Shown in pieces: positions 25,791-38,430 of a DNA stretch of 64,000 nucleotides. Both the position numbers and the translations under genes were made by a program. The stretch comes from Gordius albopunctatus (taxonomy: Eukaryota), in NCBI GenBank assembly GCA_964276515.1, contig OZ193909.1, forward strand, positions 20,150,001 through 20,214,000, given 5' to 3'. Each line of letters opens with the position of its first letter. Position 1 is the stretch's first letter. The notes under the pieces were generated by a model. It saw only the letters and a list, made by a program, of their open reading frames with translations. It was not told the origin of the DNA and did no database searches.

Positions 25791-26703
25791 GTTGTGAATA
25801 TAATATCGTTTTTGTTAAGCAACCAACTAGTATAAGTGTGCCAATGTTGCAAGGAAGCTCGTCTGTTGAAGAGTTACATTGTATACTGTAATGGACATAG
25901 ACTAATGGTAATGGAAGTAGATGTAACGGTTTGCTCGATGGCGGAATGCCTGTGACTACGCCTCTGGATTTCGAATCGAATATTTCGAGATTCGACGAAT
26001 ATTAAAATGAAGATTCGAATTCGATTCGAAAAAATTTAAGGATTAGAAATCGATTCAAATATTTATTAAGTTTTTTTAATTAAAAAATACATTAAAAAGG
26101 CTACTATGAATTTTAATTTGCTTATGCATTTGAAAGATTTATTTAAAAAATATTTAAAAAAATACACATTAAAAATAAAAATATAAAAGGCGAAAAAAAA
26201 CTATGATATGTTTAAGACAATCAAGAACCGTTTTAGCCAACCTTTAAGGCAAATTATTTTCCTAACACTAGTTCTCCAAACGAAATTGGTTCCGGTTAAA
26301 AATATTATTTTGCACGCGGTAAATGATCCAGGTATAGAGAGAAGATTTTTTTCCAATTTTTGGATGGCTGGAAAACAACGTTGATTCGATTTACACCATT
26401 GTACAGGCTCAACATTGGAGGCCACACGTGGTTTGTGCAAGAATGTCTCCAATGATGACTTCGCGTTCATGTTGCTCTTAATAAACGATCCAGTGTTGAT
26501 ACCTCGATAGTTGATACAAAATCGGGCTGACTTCATATAGCAGTTTTCCAGACATTTTTAATTTCTTTACAGGATAGGCCATGTACTGGTGAATCACCCC
26601 AGTGGTGAAAAACACTCAAATTTTGAGCTTTAAATCGACGACACTCGCTAATAAGGCTATCTTCTTATTGAATGTCATACATCTTCAATTTTCTGTTTGG
26701 CAA

Positions 26704-29700
26704 TTTTTTTTTGTTAAAAAGTTTATTTTCAAGAAACAAAGTTACATTAATAAGCGAAATACAAAAATAAAGACATATTGGTTATATACAGAGTTCTCTT
26801 CTAAAATGGGCCATGAGTCGGCAAAGGATTTAAAGTTGTATCGTGCAACAAGAATCCCTAGTTGTTGCCTGAGTAAAATGGACGCAGAAATTTTAGATTT
26901 CGGGGTGCGTTTTCCGATTTCTTTAAAAAACCCCATTGCCTGTTTGCCAAAGGAACCGGAGCACGTGGCAATGACAGGGATAAAAATATTGGATGCCAAA
27001 AGGGCAGAATACTTTGTAGTTTTACGCCCTTCTTCTGTAGCGATAGGGTCGTAATTAAAATGGGAAGGGGCAAAAAGGTCAATACAAGTAAAATCCCATT
27101 TGAGGGATAGGCCATTTTGCCAGGGGACTAGAGGAGAGCCGTCAGGGCGCATCCTACCTTCAAGAGAGGGATCTGACGGCTCAGAGATTGAGGGGATTTT
27201 GGCCTTTTTAAGGGCAGCTTGAATTAATAAATTAGCTTTAGTGTGCCTAAAATATTTATATTTGTTTGCTAGGCAGCGTAGAGGGTGCCTAGCATATTCA
27301 TCTACAACGGTAAAGCAATTTTGACAATTGAATTCTCTGCTGTAACTAATCCCCAACCTTAAAGCTATAGAATATGATAGCTCAAAGTCCTCAAGCAGCA
27401 TTCCCAAAAAGTTTGCTGGGATAGGCTTCAAGTCACTCGTGACCGGAACCGTCAAAAGCGAGGGACCTAAGGTTGTAATGCTGGCTATCATCGCTGCTCG
27501 ATAAGAGGTAATCAACGGAGCGCGATACTAGTCCAGAATCCAAATCCTTTTGTCTCGTACTTTGAGGTTGAATGGTCTCGGGTGTTACATTAAAATTCCA
27601 AAGCTCAAAAGCTTGAGTTAGCAGGGGTGGGAATCATGTTTTATGAGATTAAAAATTAAGTTTTGGACCCACTTAAAAGAGGAAACAAAAGCGGCTAGCG
27701 ATATGCTGCCGGGAGGGCGAATTCCTAATCCTCCAGATTTGGTTGGGAGGGATGCTTGAATCCAATTGTTAGTATTAAATTTTAAATTTAAAATTTTTTC
27801 TAATAAAGGTTTTAAAAAGCCTTCGCACGACTTTAAAACGTTTGGGTGTAAAAATGCGCCAGATGAGCGAAAACAATGACTAATCTTTGAGATGTTAAAA
27901 TAGTTTTTGATTATGTAAAATGAGTGATGCGCTGGCAAGCATTTTAAAAGTTATGTTTTAGATTTTAAAACTTCAAGGTTCTTATGAAGAAAATTTAAGA
28001 GAGATTTTTCACCGCCAATGGGTGATCCCAAAAGGGATATGTTTTCTTTCTCTAAAACTAAAAAGTTTGAAAAATTGGAAAGTCAATAGTGTTGGGGGCC
28101 TGAAAGATTTCACATTTTTTCGAGTTTAATTTAAGATTCAGAGTGGGTTCGAAATTGTTGATAATATGTATAGCTTCACTGATCTCCTCCGGGCGGCCGC
28201 ATAGGGTGGCGTCGTCGAGATACCAAACATTTAAATCTAGGGTACACTGAGATGATATTGCCTCGACTAAATTATGAATGGCTAAACAAAACAAAGGAGG
28301 ACCTAATGGATCAATATTAATTAAAAAATATTATACATAATAGCATTATTTTTAAAGATATGTCCCGTGTATTCTGCACTGCAATGTAAGATTCATAACC
28401 CTTGACCCCACACTTTAAACCCAACCCGACCCGAACACATTTCATATCGTGTCCGGTCTCGGGTCACCGGTGCAGTTCTCTCTAGGTTTACTATAATAAC
28501 CTACTAATCGCTATGTTTGATTTGTGCCTAAGAATTAGTAAAATTCACAATAATGAAACCTATCCTTACACATTATAAGTATAACATATTTTATTCATAT
28601 TACAGGTATCTTGCCATTAATATGCCCATGAAAAGACACAGGCTCACTCGTTTATCTCGGTCCATTAAGGTCATAATTCTTATATGGTTATTGGCTATAG
28701 GCTTTGCTACTACCATAGCTTTGAAAATGGGTGTAGACTATCACCAAGATCTCAATGGACGCCCGATCAAATCCTCAGCCCAGTGTAAGATGAAAGAAAC
28801 CTCTTTTAACTCTTCCCCACCCATTTTTGATAAATTTTATACTCTTTTTTGCGGTGCCTATGGTAGTAATCACGGTTCTCTACGTGTTGATTGGCATCAA
28901 GCTTCATAAAGCGGATTCGCTTAAGGCTACCCCCGGAGGCTCTAAAAGAATAAGCGATCCTCGCCCTTCTTCCCCTCCATCGACTACGGCATATTTTGAT
29001 GACCTTCCTAGTACATTTAGCAATCAAGCTCCCAAAGCTAAGGGCCTGTTGACCACAAGTACTCACAAATCTCCCAACTCAACACCACCCAGTACCAAAG
29101 AGAAGGAGAAAAGGGGATTTTTAGTGCGGCTTAAATTAGATAGCTCATTGTTTTTCTCATCGGTGGAATCGACTTTTACATCATCTCTGTATGGCAAAGA
29201 TCGTCATATGACTAACGATATAAGTGGCGATCATACCCTAGTTAGGACTAAGAGCGGCCGCCCTCTCCAGATAGTAAGGGATTTCGCATCAAGCATAGGA
29301 TCTTGGCGAACCGACCTAAAAAATAAAAGACAGTCCCGAAACCCTCAAACTCAATCGAGACGCGCCATATTAAAAATGTTAAGTAGGTTGCCTTGTAACT
29401 TCTGGTTCACATTATGGGTTAGATTTAATTTTTATAGCTTTTAAAATATGAATTTTAAACAAAATATGTCTTATTTCTCAATGCACCATTTTATAGACGC
29501 CGTCGTCGTAAGTTTTTTCCTATGCTACGCGCCTAACCAAGCCCAAAGGCTGCACTACTATTACGTGAAACATTGGAACGAAAGACGGATGTTAGAATTC
29601 CGGGTGCTCTTTTACATATCCGGTATTCTCTTCTACGTTTCGGCCGCCATCAATCCGATCATTATCTCTGAAATATAGGAGAGCTTTTAAGTATACGCTC

Positions 29701-30950
29701 GCGGAGCTCGCCGGTTCTTGTTATAATAGTCGATGCTGCTTCTGTTTTTGCACCGTGTGCTGTCCTTGCCTCAACGACTATTTTGATCGTGTGGGAAAGC
29801 AGCGTCACCATATTTATCACTCCACCCTTAAAGATGTGTCCTTCGTTGGTGGGGGAGTTGGATCATCCTTTAGACCAGTATACGGCGAAAAAGACTTCCA
29901 ATGGCGATGAGTCTAACTGAATTATTCGGTTTTTTGATGGCGATAAGTTTTGCACCGAATAAAATAGGGATGATTTCATGAGGAAATTTTCTATTAACAA
30001 TGATATTACAAAAAGAAGTAATAGAATTTAAATAAATTATTCAAGTTGAGTAAATCTTGTAGATAAACTGGGCGCCATGCGTCGAGTCTGGCTGCGGAGT
30101 CCAAAGGAAAGGAGTTAAGGGCTTCACGGATGTCTGAAGACTCGAGCACTATTGATGATGGAGATGTGGGGTATTTACTGGCTGAGGATGCTGGTGGGTG
30201 TTTTTGATTTAGCTCCCTATAAGAGTCAGGGCAACAAGGGGCAATTGAGTTGTTATCATAAAAAGCTCTAAGGGCACTTTTTGGGTTGAAATTATGGATT
30301 TTATTTGAAATGTGCTTGGTTGTTTGGTTAATTGTGGGTTCCAGTGGAAAGGGTTTTGTTTTACTTGTGCATGTAATGGGATCATCAGTATTAAAACACA
30401 GAAGGGATTCCTTGATGAGGCTTGATAAATTATGTTCATTAGGTTCCCTAACATAAAGGATATAATATGGGAATTTAAAAAGTTTGTCCCAATTGGTTAA
30501 GTTATAAGGGTTTTTGATAATGGAAGTGAATATATTTAGCAGAGATTGTTGGATGGAAGGTCTGGCTCCTCTTGGGATTCTAGAGATAGTATTAGGAAAT
30601 GGATTTGTTAAAAAAGAATTGCTCCAAGATGAGTCAGGCGGTTGGTTAATTGATGGGGAGCATTGTAAGGATGGGGGGATGACGGGGTTAGGGATTGGCA
30701 ATAGGGGAGCCTCTTCAAAGTTAGAAGCCAGGGGTGGAATTGGTAAGCAGGGTGGAGGTAATTTGCCCGAAGAAGGGCATCTTGAAGACACTGGGCCATT
30801 AATCCAGAAACAATTGTATTTATCAAGGCATATTCGTCGCTTACAAGTTGGGCATAGGGGTTTAGAGATTAACATATGACAGCGTGATCTTCTGTGCCTG
30901 GTTGATAATACACCGGTAATACCAAGTTAATTGTGGGATTTGCCCCCCGG
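26704..30950 (-). mobile_element. CRE/NeSL-type (RLE) non-LTR retrotransposon, degenerate, RT core replaced
   Basis: 5' part ORF 30006-30875 (RIPRGAR, LNQKHP, SFPLDSA..D.WRP.YL); 3' part DPLGPPLFCLAI, WYLDD, LKLNSKKCE, QASLPTKSGGLGIR, C..C..H...C zinc knuckle and RPDG..PW...WDFTC RLE domain; AATAAA plus A-tail at ~26704-26728. Confidence 0.85.
28606..29910 (+). pseudogene. Fragment of a class A neuropeptide GPCR (pyrokinin/capa/neuromedin U receptor-like), end of TM3 to C-terminus, 2 exons (28606-29382, 29497-29910)
   Basis: (R)YLAINMP...RSIKVIILIWLLA, FFAVPMVVITVLYVLIGIKL, SRRAILKML|AVVVSFFLCYAPNQAQRL, SGILFYVSAAINPI, KYRRAFK. Frameshifts at ~28815 and ~29665; no TM1-3 exon found upstream in the window. 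Confidence 0.85.
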
Positions 30951-32221
30951 ATTTTAAATTAGTTTCACTGTAAAAGGGAAAAAGTATCTATTCAACCTTT
31001 TCAATTTGTTCCCATTCAATGTTGGATAACAATTCCTCCTAAGAGGAATTTAAAGGCCAAATCTAATGCCTGTCTTACTAAAATAGCTTTTTATATCATT
31101 ATATAGGTGCTGTTCCATCTGACTACCATGTCAAGTTTTGCCTTTATGTAATTAATTATTGGGTCAAATTCGTAACATATAGCCTTTCATCGTGAAATAT
31201 TTTCCGGCCGTCGTGCAATTTTCATCAAAGTCCATAATTTAATTAAATTCTCATCTTAAAATTTGAAAAATTTTGAATTAAACTTTTTCCAATTTTAGCA
31301 GCAAAAATAACTAAAATGCGGTAAGATAAAAATAGCTAAATATTTGAGTCTCGTGTTTGAATTTTAAAGGATTCGATTCGGATTCTCCGATCTTAGCAAC
31401 GTAAGTATTCGATTCGAATCCAATCTCGAATATTTCTCAGAGGCGTATGTTCTACGATCGTTTGCTCTGTATTTTTTATTACTCGTAATTTACAACTCGG
31501 ATAAGTTTGAAATAAAATTTTCATTTTCACACGCTAAAATTTATTCGGCTAATAATTAAAAACTGGAAATCTAACTATAAAATATTTTTTATCCAACAGT
31601 TCCAAAGAAAAAACTTTTTATAATATTTTCTTACTTTATTTCTAAAGTAATAGCTACTATGAAAATATTTAAAACTACAATAAGATTTGCATTTAGGTCA
31701 GTTATATTATAATAGACAAGGGAAAAATCTAAAGTTTGGAAGCTATATAATGTACGGTCTGCGAAAAATAATGATTTAATATCGAATTTTATTTAAATCC
31801 TATTTTATAAGAGATTAATTTGTTTTAGTTCAATTCGGGTCGGGCTTCCGGGGCCCGTGCAGGATTCTAATTGATGGCTAACGATTGACTACGTATATCT
31901 AAGCGTCATTGGATTCGGACTGATCTACCAAAAGTTTTCGTTTTACGCAATTGTGATCCTCGTTCTCCATAACTTATGTAAGTTTTAAAAATTTTAAATT
32001 AAACTTTTTCAAATTGTAGCAGGAAAAATAACTAAAATGCGGTAAGATAAAAAATAGCTAAATATTTGAATTTCGTCTATTTAAATTAAACTAAAAAAAA
32101 TAAAATTGGAATTTTCAAGGATTCGATTCGGATTTTCGAATCCTAGCAGCGTAAATATTCGATTCGAAACTTATACATATGGATTCGAATCTTGAATATT
32201 TTCCAGAGGCGTACCTGTGAC

Positions 32222-34310
32222 GATACAAATTGTTTGACATCAGTAATTGGTTACGTGGTAGTAGTAGCCACGCATTGCAAAGCATCAAGTTTTTCCTAAG
32301 TAAAAGAAATAATAGTTGCAGATATGTCCTAACTAGAGCTAGAGGGGTAAAGAAAAACGATGGCCTACGGTTATGCATTGATTACCGGTTTAACATAAAT
32401 ATATACGCGTTAGGTTTGACGTACCCTTTACCAAAAATTTATCATTTGTTAAATAAACTGGATAATGCGTGTTGTTTCTCTAAGTTGGACCTGACCAAAG
32501 CTAATTTGCAGCTCGAGCTAGGTCTAGAGACAAGCCAACGATTAACGATCTCCACGCACAAAGGTTTATTTAAAGTCAACCGTATGCTATTTGGCTTTAA
32601 AAAACAATGGGTCAATCATGAAGAGACTAGCTATACATTGACGATACACTAATTGCAGGTGAAACGGAAGAACGGCTACTCAATGTACTAGAAATTTTAC
32701 AAAAGTGGGGGCTCGTGCCAAACATAAACTAGATCTTGTAGGCTAAGCAGAAGTAACATTTTTTGGATACTTAATTAATAACAAGGGAATCAAAATCCAC
32801 AGTAATAAAGCCGAACTAGTCACGCAATGGAAAAATTTAACAAAGAAAAATGAAATAAAATTGTTTCTTGGGTTAACATCATATTTTTCGAAGTTCGTAA
32901 AAACTACGCCAAAATCGCGCACCCTATTAAAAAAACTCCTGAAAAAAACGTGATCTACCACTGGGGTGGAGAACAATAAGTTGCGATTGACGTTATCAAG
33001 TCTGCGCTTACGAAGGCCCTCGTGCTAACATCCTTTAATGGAGATTTTGTGACAGGCCTGGTCGTAGACGTCTCAGGTACAGGGTTAGGCACTATCTTAC
33101 AACAACGAGCACCAGGGGAGAATTAACGATAGTGAAAGCCGATATTCGACAATTGAACGGGAGGCGCTAGCTGTGGTTTATGGGCTAAAAAAGTTTAATG
33201 AATATATACAAGGACGAAGCGTGACTATTATGACGGATCATAGACCGCTAATATATATATTTGACCTAAGCAAAAGAGCCAAGGAACAATGGTCGCTACG
33301 ACTAACTAGGTGGACTCCCATGGTAGAGTATAACAAAAGATCCCAAAACGCGGAAGATTTCTTGTCCAGAATACCGAACGAACACGCTTATAATGTTAGC
33401 GAGGGAATGCCAGAAGGCTCTAAAAATCCATTTATATCATTGGACGTGGTGAGACAACATACCTTGGACAATCCAGGGCTACGTCAGTTAAAAGAGTGGA
33501 TTAAAGGCAAACATAACACTATGGTCACTTATGGGAACATGCTCATACGAAAAGCACCTGTCCAACGAGTCAAAAAAAATAATCATTTACAAAGAGCGAC
33601 AAACATTAATTCCGGCTAAATCAAGAGGATTTGTACTCCAAAGACTACATAGGGGCCACGTGGGTATCAAGCGAATGCAAGAAGTGGCATTATGGTGGCC
33701 TACGCTCGCCGATGACTTTTTTGAGCTTAGAAAAAGGGTGCCGAAGTTGCAATTACGCTGTCGCGGCGGCGAAGAAAGCATCGTAGATACATTGTTTACC
33801 TAGCCATGGACCGTGGATTCAAGTACATATGGATATTAAGGGCCCTCTCAAGGGTAAATCATACCTATTTATGTTGGGCAATTTAAATGGGTAGAGGTGT
33901 TTAAGTGAAAGACATTACATCGATCACCATTAAAAAACACTTGCCGAAACGTTTGCTAGATTTGGGAAACCACCATTTTTAATATCAGATAATGGGCCGC
34001 AATTCAAAGGACAGGAGTTACAGAATTATTGCAAGATGAGAAGGATTAATTGATGAACAGTTCCTTACCATCAAAGATACATACGATTGATCAAAGAATC
34101 CATGCTAATTAGTTTTTGAAAGCACAACAATGGCTAAATACCGGATACCCGTGTATGTTCCACGTAGGAGACATGGTTTGGGTACGCATGTTTTTGGGAC
34201 CAAGCAAATGAGTAGAAGGCACTATTAAGCAAATCAGGGTAGTCGTTCCTACGAGGTGTAGGCTCAGAGAAGAAAGTACCACCGACACTTGGATCAAGTA
34301 AGAGAACGAG
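32222..34310 (+). mobile_element. Degenerate Gypsy pol (RT, RNase H, integrase); probably continues left of the hAT insertion at ~25810-25956
   Basis: KKNDGLRLCIDYR, FSKLDL, ISTHKGLFKVNRMLFG, MTDHRPL, LHRGHVGIKRM, ISDNGPQF; many stops. Confidence 0.85.
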
Positions 34311-34619
34311 AAATCCTCAATTGGATCTAGAGCTCTGCAAAATAAAATATCTTCTGCCCGAGCCCGAATTTTTAATTTTTATTTTGCCCGAGCACGAAAG
34401 AATTTTTCATTTTTGGCCCGACCCGAGCCCGAGCCTGACCCGCATTATCTTCAAGAATATCTAAATATATCAATGATAAAATCATTACTTTACACTGGCT
34501 TTTAAATAGGGTAATCAGTTTGTCATCCTCACCCGAGGCATTAAATAAGGAAATCATATATTTTTTGAGACGTTTAGCTTATTAAAATATCTCTTTCGCT
34601 TATTTTGTGATATTTTACA

Positions 34620-35225
34620 TCAATGTTTCAATCCAAAAATAACGCAAACTAATCGTGATAAAGTTTTTATAACATATCCACGCTATCAACATATTCTTTA
34701 TAGTTTCATAGGAAATCTAAAACACATTTTAAGGAACAACAATATAAAAAAAAACATTATAATAAGTCAAAAACCCAACAGATATTTATTAAATATTATA
34801 CAAAATAATTACCAATCATCTCCTACTACAAACAACTTAATATATAAAATAACTTGTAATGATTGCAATAATTTCTATATTGGGGAAACAAAAAGAAATT
34901 TTAGAATACGGTTCAAGGAACATCTAGCGGCATTATATCGCCCAAACGCATATTTAACCGCCGTTTCAAATCAATCTCTGAAACAATTTAAAAACAACCA
35001 TTTTAATTAACATCAAATCTTATTTTGAAAGAAAAACTCTAGAATCCTTTTTTATTTGAAGATTACATCCAAAACTCTAGAGGATATGAGTAAAAAGAAC
35101 ATGTATCCATTCTTACATTATAATATTAACCTACCTATAGAATGTTCCATTTAATTATATTATTTTATTTTTTTATCAATTCAATTTTATTTTAATCTGA
35201 TGATGTTCTTGAATAGGACGAATTA
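34620..35225 (+). mobile_element. Penelope-like element 3' remnant (GIY-YIG endonuclease)
   Basis: LIYKITCNDCNNFYIGETKRNFRIRFKEH at ~34835-34925, the motif typical of Penelope GIY-YIG domains. Confidence 0.8.
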
Positions 35226-35235
35226 TCATTCTAAT
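35190..35235 (+). ncRNA. Degenerate hammerhead-ribozyme-like motif in the Penelope 3' region
   Basis: CTGATGA (35197-35203), stem II gttct/aggac, then GAAT instead of GAAA; no clear stem III. Confidence 0.4.
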
Positions 35236-35514
35236 CTTCTTCTTTATCAGTTATTTGGTCCCACATTGGTGGGGTTTGTTTTGATGAGTCTCTTCCATCT
35301 TGACCGGGTTAGTGCCATGTCTTGACTAATCTCTTTAGTTTCCATAACTTTATCGACTTGCCCTTTCCACGTGAGATGGAGTCGTCCTCTTCCTCTCTTC
35401 CACGGTATTTCCATGTCTAGCACTTTTCGATTTACGTCATCCGTGTCCCTTCTTAGTATATGCCCATACCACCTTAGCCGATTTTCGTTAATCATGTCCG
35501 CCATAGGTTGAATA
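35236..35514 (-). mobile_element. RTE 3'-end fragment
   Basis: ENRLRWYGHILRR...KRGRGR followed by a taaagaagaag tail on the minus strand. Confidence 0.85.
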
Positions 35515-36898
35515 CCATAGACTAATAAAACTATACACTGCCTAACAGTCGAGAATTATTAAGTAAGGGTATAGTCCGCTATTACTTTCGTCTCATAAAC
35601 TATTTAAGCGCTATGTGCGCTATTTATTTCGCTGGATTTTAATATTTATTTTATAAATTTATATCAAGCTAATATAAGCTTACAAAAGCCCAAACAAAAA
35701 GTAAAACCTATGTTTATATAAGAATAAATTAGAACTACATTAGAAATAGTTAAAATTGTCTAGAATTTCTTTATATTTTAGGAAATATAATAGTATACGT
35801 ACCAGATACATTAGCGCCATCTATAGTATATTTTATTTACAAAAATTATAATATTATATTCGAAGTTACAATTTTACATTAAACAATAAAGGGCATCATG
35901 TAAATTTTCACATGTAAAATCATATAAAAAAATTAATCAATTGTCAATCCATGTAATTATTGCCCCTTAAAAATAACGGCCTTATTCAGTTTTTGCCTAA
36001 GATTAGTTTTAAACTCTTGGTTTGAAATATTAGAAAAATTATGGAATTTATTTAGCAACTCAGGCCGCCATTACTTTACCCCACCAATATGCGCACTTCT
36101 GAAAGATATTACAAATGTCAATATTCCCTCACATCAGGTATCATGATTATATCATAAATTTATATTAAGTTTTATTTTAAATTAATATTTGAATAATTTA
36201 AAAATAATACATATATTTGTTAATTTTTTTCTAGCCCAAACAAACTTCTTTAATTCTGAAAGATATTACAAATGTCAATATTCCCTCACATCAGGTATCA
36301 TGATTATATCATAAATTAACAAATATATGTTATTTTAAATTAATATTTCAATAATTTTAAAATAACATATATTTGTTAATTTTTTTTTAGCCCAAACAAA
36401 CTTCTTTAATTCAAAAAGATGCTACAAATGTCAATATTCCCTCACATCAGGTTTATCTATGATTTATTTAGAATGAATAAAAATCTATTTTAGCCTTGTT
36501 ACCTCTACCCTTACATTTTCATAAATATAAGTTTATGTAAAATTGTAACTTCGAATATAATTTTATAATTTTTGTAAATAAAATAGACTATAGATGGCGC
36601 TAATGTATCTGGTACGTAAACTATTATATTTCCTAAAATATAAAGAAATTCTAGACAACTCTAACTATTTCTAATGTAGTTCTAATTTATTCTTATATAA
36701 ACATAGGTTTTACTTTTTGTTTGGGCTTTGTAAGCTTATATTAGCTTGATATAAATTTATAAAATAAATATTAAAATCCAGCGAAATAAATAGCGCACAT
36801 AGCGCTTCAATAGTTTATTAGACGAAAGTAATAGCGGACTACACCCTTACATAAAAATTCTCGACTGTTAGGCAGTCTATAGTTTTATTAGTCTATGG
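35515..36898. mobile_element. Non-autonomous DNA transposon with ~365-bp near-perfect TIRs (CCATAGAC...GTCTATGG)
   Basis: 35515-~35880 is the reverse complement of ~36530-36898; the centre has ~158-bp tandem repeats (36097-36452); no TSD found. Confidence 0.8.
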
Positions 36899-38420
36899 CA
36901 CACCCTTTCGAATGTTTATCGGTTCGAGACCAATCAAATTCACGCAAATATTTGCTCAAAGTTATGTCATAAGACTAGCATCATGGTCATAACATAAAAG
37001 TTAGATAACTTATCATTTAATAACAAAATAGATCCATTTTTATTTTATATTTCCTATCTGTTTGATGAATGCAAATGAAAGAAGGCAAAGATAATATTTT
37101 ATCAACGATTTTATAGATTATGGTATTGGTAAAAATGAGCAGAATATCTTCACTTAGAGGAATCATTATAATGGCAAGGTATTGAGGTGTTTGTAAGCAA
37201 ATTTCATAAAATGCTTTCTTAGGATATTATTATATATGGTGTTTTCACTAAACCCATAAGGAGAAGACCTAAAAATCAGAAAAGATTGATGTAGGCCCTA
37301 ATATTATATTTTTATTCATCACAAATGATTACTTTGAATATGATTGTTATAGATGATTAAAATAAACATTTTACACTTGTCTATCATCATGCAACATAGA
37401 CTTAAAAAGTGTTTTTTCCTCATTGTTTAACTTATATTTCTCAATATCTATCAATCAATTCAACTGATCAGAAAATGTAAATATTTTTACAAGGTCTTTT
37501 TTAATCACCTAAGGTGCTTGTTGTAAATGCTTCCTTAAAGACCTTTTCCATAAAGATTATATTTTTAACTGCTATTTTGTTTCTTACCTCCTCCAGATCC
37601 TCTGCTATAACACATTGTAAAATTATAAATGTTTATAAAAATAACTACACATATTTTAGGTTGAGATAGTAATAGGTTTATGAGAATTTTGATAAGCCAC
37701 TGCCTACACAGATAATATAAGGTTCTCCATGATATTAAGAATTTTGTTTACATGTTTTAGGTATAAAATTACAATTGTTTTAGTATTCAGTTTCGGTTGT
37801 AAAACTATATATATCTAATTTTTAATATTTAATTCATAAAAAAAACTAATACATATTTATTTATTTATAATTTTAGGTACAATTAAATTTAAAATGACTT
37901 CTCATATGTTAAAAGTTTGAGATGCAATTGTTTAATTTTAATTATTTATAGACATTGTGATTTGAGAATTCCTAGGTAGGTACATTCTTTAAAGGTTTTT
38001 TCATTTGAATTAATTTTATTCAATCCATTTTTTTGCCTCACAATTACGCCCCCCCCCCTTATGATGAACATTTGACAAAGTAGTGTTCATTATGTGAGTT
38101 GTATTTTAAAATCCGCTATTCAAGGAGCTCCAGAGAAAGTATGGAAAGAGTGGCTCCTTGGAAATCCGAGGGTATACTGTTGCAAAATTAATGTTTTATA
38201 TAAACTCATATTTGTTTATCTATATTTAGTTTCCAAAAAGCAATTACCCTGTTCATATGCTATCGGCTTGAGAGACAACTATTTAACATCAATTCATTGT
38301 TATTATGAAACCACTATTATATATATATTTTAAGTTTGAGATGCAATTTAAGATAAATATATATAAAATTTAATACATAATTATAGGTTATTAAAAAAAT
38401 ATTATATAATTATATAACAA
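36898..38420 (-). repeat. Dispersed repeat homologous to ~46905-51300 (excluding the Harbinger insertion)
   Basis: Shared blocks, e.g. accaatcaaattc...gactagcatcatggtcataac...aaagttagataacttatcattt (36929-37120 vs 46938-47150) and gataagccactgc/gataagccattgc (37691 vs 50880). Confidence 0.7.
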
Positions 38421-38430
38421 AATAATATTA

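Larger units (their letters stand above)
25957..32213 (-). mobile_element. 6.26-kb composite hAT element carrying CRE and GPCR cargo
   Basis: TIRs TACGCCTCTGGA / TCCAGAGGCGTA; perfect 8-bp TSD CCTGTGAC (25949-25956, 32214-32221); ttcga subterminal repeats; hATC-like remnant in ORF 26201-26536 (QWCKSNQRCFPAIQKL..LLSIPGS); a second internal copy of the right end terminates at 31447. Confidence 0.85.

Noticed and set aside
30841..30960. HDV-like ribozyme at the CRE 5' end
   Set aside because: Could not assemble the nested double pseudoknot by eye.
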